NCBI GenBank assembly: GCA_964404925.1
Contig: CAYOLW010000002.1
Location: forward strand, 38,995 to 102,994
Direction of reading: 5' to 3'
Length of the DNA stretch: 64,000 bases
Source of the DNA: an uncultured Candidatus Saccharibacteria bacterium
GTDB lineage: Bacteria > Patescibacteriota > Minisyncoccia > Phycocordibacterales > UBA9973
Under the pieces are notes generated by a model. That model was not told where the DNA came from. It searched no databases and saw only the letters and a program-made list of their open reading frames with translations. Made by a program: the position numbers and the translations under genes. Below, in pieces: positions 55,756 to 64,000 of the stretch (positions are counted from its first letter, which is position 1; every line of letters starts with the position of its first letter).

Positions 55756-56622
55756 ATGAAAACACTACGTGAATGTATCAAAGAAGCAGGAGACAATGGT
55801 GTGGCAGTTGGGCATTTTAATATTTCTAATTTAGAGGGGTTACATGCGATTTACGCTGCAGCCCGGGAGCTTGATCTACCGGTCATAATTGGTGTATCAG
55901 AAGGCGAAGAAGGATTTGCTGGAACTGACGAAGTAGCAACATTGGTAAAGATGTTACGAGAACGTGATCAGTATCCAATATTCTTAAACGCTGATCATCA
56001 TGCTAGCTTCGAAAGCGTAAAAAAATGCATTGATGCTGGATTCGATATGGTTATTATTGATGCTGCTAAATTACCTTTTGAAGAAAATGTAGCTTTAACT
56101 AAAAAATGTGTTGATTATGCACGCGAGGTATCTAAAAACACAGGCAGAGACATACTAGTCGAAGCTGAATTGGGCTACATAGGATCTGGCTCAAATATCA
56201 AAGATACTGTTCCTGAAGGTGCAGGAGTGTTAACAAAACCCGAAGAAGCAAAGGCTTTTGTAGAAGCAACGGGTATAGATTTATTCGCCCCGTCTATTGG
56301 TTCTATTCACGGTTTGATTAAAAGTGGTAAACCACATATTGATGCAGAACTAACCAAAAAAATCAGAGAAGTTGCCGGTATACCTCTTGTATTACATGGT
56401 GGTTCAGGTTTGCGGGATGAAGACTTTACCAATGCGATAAAAGCTGGAGTGCAGATAGTGCACATCAATAGTGAAATTCGTCTCGCACTACGTGAAGCTT
56501 TAGAAAAAGCACTAAATGAAAATAAAGAAGAAATAAATCCAGTAAAGCTATTAACCCCTGCAGTAGAATCAATGAAAGAAGTGGTAAAAAATCGATTGAA
56601 GCTTTTCAATAATATTCAATAA
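55756..56622 (+). CDS. fba: class II fructose-bisphosphate aldolase
   Basis: NADH, VEAELGYIG, GSIHG, LVLHGGSG; ATG at 55756. Confidence 0.88.
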   Translation: MKTLRECIKEAGDNGVAVGHFNISNLEGLHAIYAAARELDLPVIIGVSEGEEGFAGTDEVATLVKMLRERDQYPIFLNADHHASFESVKKCIDAGFDMVIIDAAKLPFEENVALTKKCVDYAREVSKNTGRDILVEAELGYIGSGSNIKDTVPEGAGVLTKPEEAKAFVEATGIDLFAPSIGSIHGLIKSGKPHIDAELTKKIREVAGIPLVLHGGSGLRDEDFTNAIKAGVQIVHINSEIRLALREALEKALNENKEEINPVKLLTPAVESMKEVVKNRLKLFNNIQ

Positions 56623-56629
56623 TTTATTA

Positions 56630-57235
56630 ATGAATAGCCCTCAAGACAAAACAATAGAAACATATGTAGATAAATTTGAAGTCTACAAAAATAAAACAGT
56701 TTCTGTGGTTAATGGAGAATTCAAGGATTTTATTGATTCCTTCTGTTCATATTTAGATCCATCTGCAAGTATTTTTGAAATTGGTTCTGCTCACGGAAGA
56801 GATGCAAGATATATAAAGTCAAAAGGCTTCGATGTTTTTTGCACTGATATTGTTCCTCAAGCATTAGAGGATTTGAAGCAAGAAGGTTTCAAAACAGATC
56901 TATATGATTTTAGAGATATTCCAAAGTATGAATGGGTAGGTAAATTTGATGGATTTTTTGCTAACGCAGTATTGCTTCATGCTACACAAGAAATTTTTGA
57001 AAATGCTCTTGTTAATGTAAGTAAAATATTAAAGAAAAATGGCATATTCGCTTTTTCTTTAAAAACAGGGCAAGGAGAAGAAGTATCCATTGAAAAAATG
57101 GACGCCCCAAGGTACTTTAAGTATTACTCAAAAGAAGAGTTAGCTCAGATTTTAAGTAAATACTCATATGAAGTTTTGTCTCTAGAAGAAGCCAGTGAAG
57201 GTAAGTGGCTCCATGTAATTTTAAAAAATAAATAA
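56630..57235 (+). CDS. class I SAM-dependent methyltransferase
   Basis: FEIGSAHGRD, FDGFFANAVLLH, LKKNG. Confidence 0.82.
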   Translation: MNSPQDKTIETYVDKFEVYKNKTVSVVNGEFKDFIDSFCSYLDPSASIFEIGSAHGRDARYIKSKGFDVFCTDIVPQALEDLKQEGFKTDLYDFRDIPKYEWVGKFDGFFANAVLLHATQEIFENALVNVSKILKKNGIFAFSLKTGQGEEVSIEKMDAPRYFKYYSKEELAQILSKYSYEVLSLEEASEGKWLHVILKNK

Positions 57236-57259
57236 TAAATCTGATATAATAGTTTAAAT

Positions 57260-59023
57260 ATGAAAGAGGAAATTCAAAAGTTTTTTAAGGGTGATATAGA
57301 TGACCGAGAAGATACATTAGAAAAATACTCACACGATGCGAGTGTTTTTTTGGTACGACCACAGATAGTGCTTTTCCCAAAAGATTCAGAAGATGTAAAA
57401 AATCTTGTGAAGTGGGCGGGTGAGAATAAATCTAGATATCCGCATTTGTCTATTACTGCGCGCGCGGCGGGTACATGTATGTCTGGTGGCTCAATCAATG
57501 AATCTATAATCTTAGATTTTACAAAGTACATGAATAAGTTTGTGAACTACGAGGAGGACACACCTGACTCACTGAAAGCTTTCGCTCAAGGTGGTATTGG
57601 TAAAAGTGTTCACGATGGTTCTAAACACACCATGATTCCATACATGACTGTGCAGCCTGGTATGTATTATCGAGATTTTGAAAAACTTACCTTAGAAAAA
57701 GGTATGATTTTGCCTTGTTATACCGCGTCCAAGACTCTAAATGCTATGGGCGGAATGTTTGGTAATAATTCAGCGGGTGAGAGAACTCTACGTTTTGGTA
57801 AGACGGAGGAATATGTAGCTCAGTCAAAAATAGTATTTGCTGATGGTAATGAATACACAGTAAAACCTCTTTCTAAACAGGAATTAGAAGCCAAAATAAA
57901 CCAGCAGGATTTCGAAGGAGGAGTGTATCGAGAAATATATAATCTGATTATGCAAAACAAGGAGGATATAAAATCTGCTAAACCTAATGTACACAAAAAT
58001 TCTTCTGGTTACACTATTTGGAATGTATTGGATACCGAAGGTGCCAGACCGGAGAAAGAGTATTTTGATTTAAACAGGTTACTGGTTGGTTCACAGGGCA
58101 CACTGGGTATTGTTACTGAGATTACTTTTCGTCTAGTTCCAGAATTACAATCCAGAAGGCTGCTGGTGCTTTTCTTGAGAGACATGACTTTGCTGCCAAA
58201 CATCGTGAATAAACTACTGATACATAATCCAGAAACTATTGAGACATACGATGACAAAACCTTCTTTTTGGTTCTAAGATACATCCGTAGCTTTGCTAAA
58301 TTGCTCGGTGTAGGTAATTTCTTAAAACTCATATTTAGTTTTGGTCCAGAAGCCTGGATGACACTTCGTCATGGTTTCCCAAGACTTATTTTTTTGGTTG
58401 AATTTGCTGGCAGTACGCAGGCTGAAGCAGATGAAGCAGCTAAGAAAGCCCTCGAGAGTGTCCAAAGTTTTCATAAAATTGGTTCTCGACTAACTCGTAA
58501 TGAGTTTGAATCTAAAAAGTATTGGACCATACGCAGAGAAGCTTTTAATTTAATTCGTTATCATCTAAAGACGGTAAAGTCTAAACCATTCATTGATGAT
58601 GTTATTGTCCGTCCTGAAAATTTACCAGAATTTATGCCTGAAATTTATAAAATTCTTGAAGAATATAAAGATGAAATGACTTTTGCTGTTGGTGGTCATG
58701 CTGGTGATGGTAACCTACATATCTATACACTAGTTAATCCAAGTGATCCAAATCTTAAGCAAATGGTGCTTGACGTGTCCAACAGAGTATATACCTTGGT
58801 TGCTAAATTTGGAGGTTCTATTACAGCAGAACACAATGATGGGCTTATTCGCACACCATACCTGAATAAAATATTCAGTTCAAAAATTATAGATATATTC
58901 AAGCAAATAAAGAATGTTTTTGATTCTAAACACGTCTTCAATCCTGGTAAAAAGGTTCCAGAGGAAGGTGTTGGTCCTGGAACCAAGGAATATATGGTTG
59001 CTCATATACCAAACACAAAGTAG
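57260..59023 (+). CDS. FAD-linked oxidoreductase (GlcD/D-lactate dehydrogenase type)
   Basis: RAAGTCMSG, GSQGTLGIV, GHAGDGNLH, AEHNDG, FNPGK. Confidence 0.88.
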   Translation: MKEEIQKFFKGDIDDREDTLEKYSHDASVFLVRPQIVLFPKDSEDVKNLVKWAGENKSRYPHLSITARAAGTCMSGGSINESIILDFTKYMNKFVNYEEDTPDSLKAFAQGGIGKSVHDGSKHTMIPYMTVQPGMYYRDFEKLTLEKGMILPCYTASKTLNAMGGMFGNNSAGERTLRFGKTEEYVAQSKIVFADGNEYTVKPLSKQELEAKINQQDFEGGVYREIYNLIMQNKEDIKSAKPNVHKNSSGYTIWNVLDTEGARPEKEYFDLNRLLVGSQGTLGIVTEITFRLVPELQSRRLLVLFLRDMTLLPNIVNKLLIHNPETIETYDDKTFFLVLRYIRSFAKLLGVGNFLKLIFSFGPEAWMTLRHGFPRLIFLVEFAGSTQAEADEAAKKALESVQSFHKIGSRLTRNEFESKKYWTIRREAFNLIRYHLKTVKSKPFIDDVIVRPENLPEFMPEIYKILEEYKDEMTFAVGGHAGDGNLHIYTLVNPSDPNLKQMVLDVSNRVYTLVAKFGGSITAEHNDGLIRTPYLNKIFSSKIIDIFKQIKNVFDSKHVFNPGKKVPEEGVGPGTKEYMVAHIPNTK

Positions 59024-59064
59024 TCGGGGTTGCTTTTATAACTTTTTCGTATATAATGTTCTCC

Positions 59065-59697
59065 ATGCTTTCACTTACAGTAAAAAACCGAGAAAAAAAC
59101 GTAGATTTAGAAGCCCTAAGAAAGGATGGCAACGTACCGGCCGTATATTACGGGTCTGGCGTAGCCTCTACCTCTATTTCAGTGCCAAAGAATGCTTTTA
59201 TAAAAGCTTGGCGTGAAGCTGGTGAATCTACACCATTAGAAATAAATCTAGACGGTAAAAAAGTAAATGTTTTGATCCATGAGGTTGCACTACACCCAGT
59301 TTCCAACGAGCCAACTCATGTGGATTTCCTAGTTGTTGATATGAGTAAAAAGGTCACAGTTTCTGTACCTCTTGAATTTATCGGAGTTGCTCCCGCTGTT
59401 AAAAATGGTCTTGGTAGTTTGGTTAAGGTTCTACACGAAATTGAAATCGAAGCTTTGCCAAGTGACTTGCCTCAGGTATTGGAAGTTGATATTACTTCTC
59501 TTGTTGATCTTGATGGACAGATTGCTGTTTCTGACCTTGCATTACCAAACGGCGTATCAGCTGTTACCAAGGATTCTGAAATAGTTGCATCAATCGCAGC
59601 ACAACAAGAAGAAAAAGAAGATACTGGACCAGTTGACCTTTCAGCTATTGAAGTAGAAAAGAAAGGTAAGAAAGAAGAAGAGGCTGCTACAGAATAA
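59065..59697 (+). CDS. rplY: 50S ribosomal protein bL25 (Ctc type)
   Basis: LRKDGNVPAVYYG, HPV..HVDF, LPSDLP. Confidence 0.93.
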   Translation: MLSLTVKNREKNVDLEALRKDGNVPAVYYGSGVASTSISVPKNAFIKAWREAGESTPLEINLDGKKVNVLIHEVALHPVSNEPTHVDFLVVDMSKKVTVSVPLEFIGVAPAVKNGLGSLVKVLHEIEIEALPSDLPQVLEVDITSLVDLDGQIAVSDLALPNGVSAVTKDSEIVASIAAQQEEKEDTGPVDLSAIEVEKKGKKEEEAATE

Positions 59698-59727
59698 TTC
59701 AAATAAAAATATGTTATAATAAAAAGT

Positions 59728-61068
59728 ATGGTCAGAAAAACCATACTTTTTATATTACTTAGTTTAATGTTATTACCAACAGCTCATCGTGCGCTGGGGG
59801 CAGTTGATTGTTTGTCCATTACCCCTAACTCTCCAGAATCTGACAAGAATTACTGTCGCTCAGAGCTTGCTCAAATTGAAGCTGAATTAGCAGAATTAAT
59901 ACAAAAACAAAAAGATCAAGCCAAAAATACTGGTACCATAAATGGAGATATTACTTATTTAAGTAGTCAAATAAAGGCCCTCCAGACTAAAATCAAAGCA
60001 CGAGGTTTGGCCATTGCCCAACTGAAGGTATCTATTTCAGAAAAGGTTTCTAGGATAGAAACTCTGTCCGAAAAAATAGACCGCCAACACGAATCGCTGG
60101 CTCAGCTTATAAGAAATACTGATGATTTTGATAATCAGAGTCTTATTTACCTTGTTGCGTCAAGTAATAATTTATCTGGTTTTTATAGCGATTTAGAATC
60201 ATATTCTGCAATCAAACAAGCCGTCAAAGAATCTGTTGATCAAATCAGGGGAGTGAAAACTGAGACGGAAGCTGAAAAACAAAAACTAGAAGAAAAAAGA
60301 AATGCTGAAGCTGATGCCAAGGTTGAGCTAGAAACCAGTCAGAAGAAAGTCACTCAAACAGAAGCCGAGAAAAAACAGCTTTTAGCACTGAGCAAAAAGA
60401 AGGAATCTGAATACGCTAAACTGGCAGCTGAAAAGAAAGCCCGAGCTGACAAAATCCGTTCTGCATTGTTTGCCCTTCGAGACAGTAAGGCTATTCCTTT
60501 CGGTACAGCCTTAAAATATGCAGAAGAGGCTGAAAAGGTTACTGGAGTACGAGCTGCATTTGTTCTGGCTATTTTAACGCAAGAAACAAACTTGGGTGCT
60601 AATGTCGGTACCTGTAATCGGGTTACTGATCCTGAAAGTAAATCGTGGTCTAAAATAATGAAACCTGAGCGGGATATCGAGCCATTTAAACGCATTACTG
60701 ACGGTTTAGGTATTTCTCGTGAGGGTTTACCATTGTCTTGCCCGTGGGGAGGAGGTTGGGGAGGGGCTATGGGTCCATCGCAATTTATACCATCAACCTG
60801 GGAACTGTATTCCAAGAAAATTGCTAAGGCTTTAGGTATATCTGGTATGCCAGATCCTTGGAATGCGCGACATGCTTTCTTCGCTTCATCTATTTATTTG
60901 GGTGAATTAGGGGCAAGTAAGGGTGGATATACTGCAGAACGCACCGCTGCGCTCAAGTACTATGCCGGGGGTAATTGGAACAAGAAATCTAATGCCTTCT
61001 ATGGAGATCAGGTGATGGCCAGAGTAGAGAAAATACAAGCTGATATCGACTATTTGCAGAATAACTAG
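59728..61068 (+). CDS. secreted coiled-coil plus lytic transglycosylase (SLT_2-like) protein
   Basis: Signal peptide, long coiled coil, LTQET catalytic Glu, GAMGPSQFIPSTW. Confidence 0.85.
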   Translation: MVRKTILFILLSLMLLPTAHRALGAVDCLSITPNSPESDKNYCRSELAQIEAELAELIQKQKDQAKNTGTINGDITYLSSQIKALQTKIKARGLAIAQLKVSISEKVSRIETLSEKIDRQHESLAQLIRNTDDFDNQSLIYLVASSNNLSGFYSDLESYSAIKQAVKESVDQIRGVKTETEAEKQKLEEKRNAEADAKVELETSQKKVTQTEAEKKQLLALSKKKESEYAKLAAEKKARADKIRSALFALRDSKAIPFGTALKYAEEAEKVTGVRAAFVLAILTQETNLGANVGTCNRVTDPESKSWSKIMKPERDIEPFKRITDGLGISREGLPLSCPWGGGWGGAMGPSQFIPSTWELYSKKIAKALGISGMPDPWNARHAFFASSIYLGELGASKGGYTAERTAALKYYAGGNWNKKSNAFYGDQVMARVEKIQADIDYLQNN

Positions 61069-61091
61069 AACTGTGTTATTCTAGCCTTACT

Positions 61092-61313
61092 ATGAAGAAA
61101 GGTATACACCCAAAACACAACGCCAAAGCAAAAGCAATTTGCGCTTGCGGTGCTCAATTTGAAATAGGTTCTACCCTAGACGAAATTCGAGTTGAAATCT
61201 GCAGCATGTGTCACCCGTTCTATACTGGTAACGAGAAAATACTCGATACTGCTGGACGAGTTGATAAATTCAAGAAGCGAGCTGCTGCTGCTAAGCCAAC
61301 CAAAGCTAAATAA
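61092..61313 (+). CDS. rpmE: 50S ribosomal protein bL31 (Cys-containing form)
   Basis: MKKGIHP, CACG, CSMCHPFYTG, GRVDKF. Confidence 0.96.
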   Translation: MKKGIHPKHNAKAKAICACGAQFEIGSTLDEIRVEICSMCHPFYTGNEKILDTAGRVDKFKKRAAAAKPTKAK

Positions 61314-61314
61314 C

Positions 61315-61415
61315 AAAATACCAACTTTTTCCGGTACGGAAGTTTTTCTGCTGAAAAATTTCCTGAAATGCTCGGGCTAATCGCCCTCGCAGCCCCTTCA
61401 AAAAGTTGGTATTTT
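61315..61415 (-). repeat. structured element C inside a perfect 16-bp inverted repeat
   Basis: AAAATACCAACTTTTT ... AAAAAGTTGGTATTTT flanking two internal hairpins related to element A. Confidence 0.65.
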
Positions 61416-61429
61416 CTTTAGAGATAATA

Positions 61430-62395
61430 ATGAACCTCGAAGATTTAAAAAAGAATAATCAAACAAGTTACCTGGCAGATATGCTGGAGAATTTAAATCG
61501 TAAAGAAGCAGAGGTTCGTGAAATGTTGGATAGTGATGAAACACTACACGAGTTAGCTACCGAAGAATTAAAAAGCTTACAGGAAGAGCGAAAAAATATT
61601 GAGACTCAAATTGAGGATATCTTAGCTAAAGAACGTGAAGCAGAAGAATTTCCTAATGAAATAGTGCTTGAAGTCCGGGCGGGTGCTGGCGGGGACGAGG
61701 CTGCACTTTTTGCTTGGGAGCTTGCTCATATGTATGAACGTTATTCTGAGATAAAAGGCTGGCAGTGGAGAGTAAACTACGAATCTAAAAATGATATTGG
61801 TGGATACAAAGAAGCTTCTTTCGAAATAAAAGGTAACAATGTGTACAAAGAATTAATGAACGAGACTGGAGTACACCGCGTACAGCGTGTACCAGCTACT
61901 GAGAAAAATGGCCGTGTCCATACTTCTACAGCATCCGTGGCTGTGCTTCCTATTAAGAAAAAAGTTAATTTTGAAGTTAACCCGGCAGAATTTGAAATGG
62001 AATATTCCCGTTCTGGTGGTAAGGGAGGACAGAATGTGAACAAGGTTGAAACAGCAGTTCGCATAATTCACATACCTACTGGACTGGATGTGAGATCAAC
62101 CAACGAAAGAAGTCAGCTAGCAAATCGAGAAAAAGCTATGGCCATACTATTGGCAAAGTTGCAGCAAAAGAAAGAAGAAGATGAGGCTAAGAAATATTCA
62201 AGCGAACGTAAAAACCAGATAGGCAGTGGAGATAGGAGTGAAAAAATTCGTACCTATAATTTCCCTCAAGATCGTATTACTGATCACCGTATAAAGAAAA
62301 CATGGCACAACCTACCAAAAATAATGGAAGGAGAAATAAGCCCAATCATTATCGACTTACTACTGGGCGAGACAGGGGAAGAAGACGAAGATTAA
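61430..62395 (+). CDS. prfA: peptide chain release factor 1
   Basis: GGDEA, VHRVQRVPAT (PxT), GGQ, RSEKIRTYN. Confidence 0.93.
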   Translation: MNLEDLKKNNQTSYLADMLENLNRKEAEVREMLDSDETLHELATEELKSLQEERKNIETQIEDILAKEREAEEFPNEIVLEVRAGAGGDEAALFAWELAHMYERYSEIKGWQWRVNYESKNDIGGYKEASFEIKGNNVYKELMNETGVHRVQRVPATEKNGRVHTSTASVAVLPIKKKVNFEVNPAEFEMEYSRSGGKGGQNVNKVETAVRIIHIPTGLDVRSTNERSQLANREKAMAILLAKLQQKKEEDEAKKYSSERKNQIGSGDRSEKIRTYNFPQDRITDHRIKKTWHNLPKIMEGEISPIIIDLLLGETGEEDED

Positions 62396-62408
62396 TTAAA
62401 TAAAATTT

Positions 62409-64000
62409 ATGAAAATACAAAGAATTTTTTATTATTACTGGCAATCTGCCAGAAAATATTGGCGTCTCATTGTTGGGATGCTTTTAGGATATGCTGTAGG
62501 TGCTTTAACATCTAACGTTGCTATTCCTCTTTTTCTAAAAAAGATTATTGACATAATCTCAAGCAACGAACCAACACAATCAATAAGCAAGCCTTTGTTT
62601 AGCCTTGTTTTTATTTATTCAGTGGCTGTTCTTGCACACTTGATTTCTTCGAGGGCTGGGGATTGGCTAATAATTAAATTTGAAGCTAGGGCTATTAGAG
62701 ACATACACAACGCTTCTTTTGCAAGAATCCTGAATCATTCTTATCGCTTCTTTTCAAATAATTTTGCAGGGTCTCTGGTGGCAAAGACAAAAAGATTTGC
62801 TTCTTCTTTTGAGAAAATTGTTGATATCGCAACCTACAGTTTCTGGTATGCCAGTATAATGCTTATAGGTATATTTGTGGTAGTTTTTTTGAACGTACCT
62901 GTGGTTGGCTATATATTTTTGGCATGGATTAGTATATACGCTTTAATCATATTTTTTTCTGTACGTTTTAAAATAAAATATGATTTATTAGAAGCAGCTG
63001 CTGATTCCAAGGTTACGGGTTCTTTTGCTGATGCTATTAGTAATGTTTTAAACATTAAGATATTTTCAAGCAAGGGTAATGAGCACAAAAGATTCGAGCA
63101 GGTAACACAAGAAGAATACCAACACAGATACAAGGCATGGGTTGTGGGGAATATACAATTTACAACACAGAATGTCTTAACTGCTATACTCCAAATAACT
63201 ATTATCTACACTTTGGCAAAATTATGGTTAGCTGGAAGCATCACAACTGGAACTGTAGTATTGGTTCAATCTTACACACTGCAATTGTTTAGTATTATGC
63301 GAGATCTGGGTAAATCAATTGTACGTTTTATGAAAGAACTTTCAAACGCCCAAGAAGTTATTGACCTATTTGACCAACAAATAGATATCAAAGATCCAAT
63401 AAAACCAGAAAAACTTGCTATGGGCAAAGGTGAAATTGTCTTCAAAGATGTTGGTTTTGAGTATGTTAAAGGTCAGGAAATATTTTCAGACTTTAACCTA
63501 GCTATTAGGTCCGGAGAAAAAGTTGGCTTGGTGGGGCATTCTGGTTCTGGTAAATCAACTATAACTAAAATACTACTTAGGTTCATGGATATACAATCTG
63601 GGGCTGTGTTGATTGATGGGCAGAATATCGCTAATGTTATGCAAGATGATTTGCGATCTGTGGTTTCTTATGTACCGCAAGAACCAATATTATTCCATCG
63701 AAGTATCTTTGAAAATATTGCATATTCAAAACCAGATGCCAGCCTGGAAGAAGTAATTGAAGTTGCCCATAAAGCATATGCTCATGATTTTATATCTAAA
63801 CTACCAAATGGATATGATACTTTAGTTGGAGAGAGAGGTGTTAAACTTTCTGGTGGAGAGAGGCAAAGGATTACTATTGCTAGAGCCATGCTTAAAGACT
63901 CACCAGTTATTGTGCTTGATGAAGCTACTTCTTCTCTTGATAGTGAGAGCGAATCATATATTCAAGAAGCTTTTGCTCAGTTAATGCAGGGTAGAACAGC
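62409..64000 (+). CDS. ABC exporter, fused permease/ATPase (runs off the window edge)
   Basis: Manual reading from ATG 62409: TM domain, GHSGSGKST, VGERGVKLSGGERQR, LDEATSSLD. Confidence 0.9.
   Translation, partial: MKIQRIFYYYWQSARKYWRLIVGMLLGYAVGALTSNVAIPLFLKKIIDIISSNEPTQSISKPLFSLVFIYSVAVLAHLISSRAGDWLIIKFEARAIRDIHNASFARILNHSYRFFSNNFAGSLVAKTKRFASSFEKIVDIATYSFWYASIMLIGIFVVVFLNVPVVGYIFLAWISIYALIIFFSVRFKIKYDLLEAAADSKVTGSFADAISNVLNIKIFSSKGNEHKRFEQVTQEEYQHRYKAWVVGNIQFTTQNVLTAILQITIIYTLAKLWLAGSITTGTVVLVQSYTLQLFSIMRDLGKSIVRFMKELSNAQEVIDLFDQQIDIKDPIKPEKLAMGKGEIVFKDVGFEYVKGQEIFSDFNLAIRSGEKVGLVGHSGSGKSTITKILLRFMDIQSGAVLIDGQNIANVMQDDLRSVVSYVPQEPILFHRSIFENIAYSKPDASLEEVIEVAHKAYAHDFISKLPNGYDTLVGERGVKLSGGERQRITIARAMLKDSPVIVLDEATSSLDSESESYIQEAFAQLMQGRT

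Noticed and set aside
57545-57645. Apparent extra segment (EEDTPDSLKAFAQGGIGKSVHDGSKH) in the FAD oxidoreductase as an intein or inserted repeat
   Set aside because: Too short for an intein, no splice motifs and no convincing palindrome; likely a variable loop
255-63133. Many antisense or alternate-frame ORFs in the track (e.g. 750..1253, 6089..6589, 27065..27718, 29045..29524, 49120..49656, 62909..63133)
   Set aside because: They shadow well-supported genes and show no motifs
1-64000. CRISPR array, rRNA, integrase, transposase or reverse transcriptase
   Set aside because: No regularly spaced repeats and no ORF with the relevant catalytic motifs were seen

Overview
AT-rich bacterial chromosome segment in standard code 11. 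Gene content and style (bS21-ybeY-ftsA-ftsZ, compact mraZ-rsmH-ftsL-ftsI-murF, MYG1, short ObgE, type IV pilus cluster, many leaderless-type starts) suggest a Patescibacteria/CPR (Parcubacteria-like) genome; this is an inference. Housekeeping genes (valS fragment, gdhA, trxB, greA, lysS, rmuC, gatB, fba, rplY, rpmE, prfA) and four tRNAs (Val-GAC, Glu-TTC, Ser-CGA, Glu-CTC) alternate with accessory blocks. Most notable: (1) a soluble histidine kinase with an N-terminal ferredoxin-NADP-reductase-like FAD/NAD(P) module plus two PAS domains and a cognate receiver, beside a Fur/Zur-CooC divergon with two palindromic operators; (2) three related GC-rich multi-hairpin elements with compensatory base changes, flanking tRNA-Glu(CTC) and inside an inverted repeat between rpmE and prfA; (3) a recent duplication at the start of the pilus operon that puts a copy of the pilB promoter in front of an inserted Cys-repeat pilin; (4) a candidate defence trio (OLD-type ATPase-TOPRIM, Cys/TM protein, DUF4393-like protein) behind tRNA-Glu(TTC). 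No CRISPR array, integrase, transposase, rRNA or reverse transcriptase was seen. Family assignments come from motifs recognised by eye, not from database searches.
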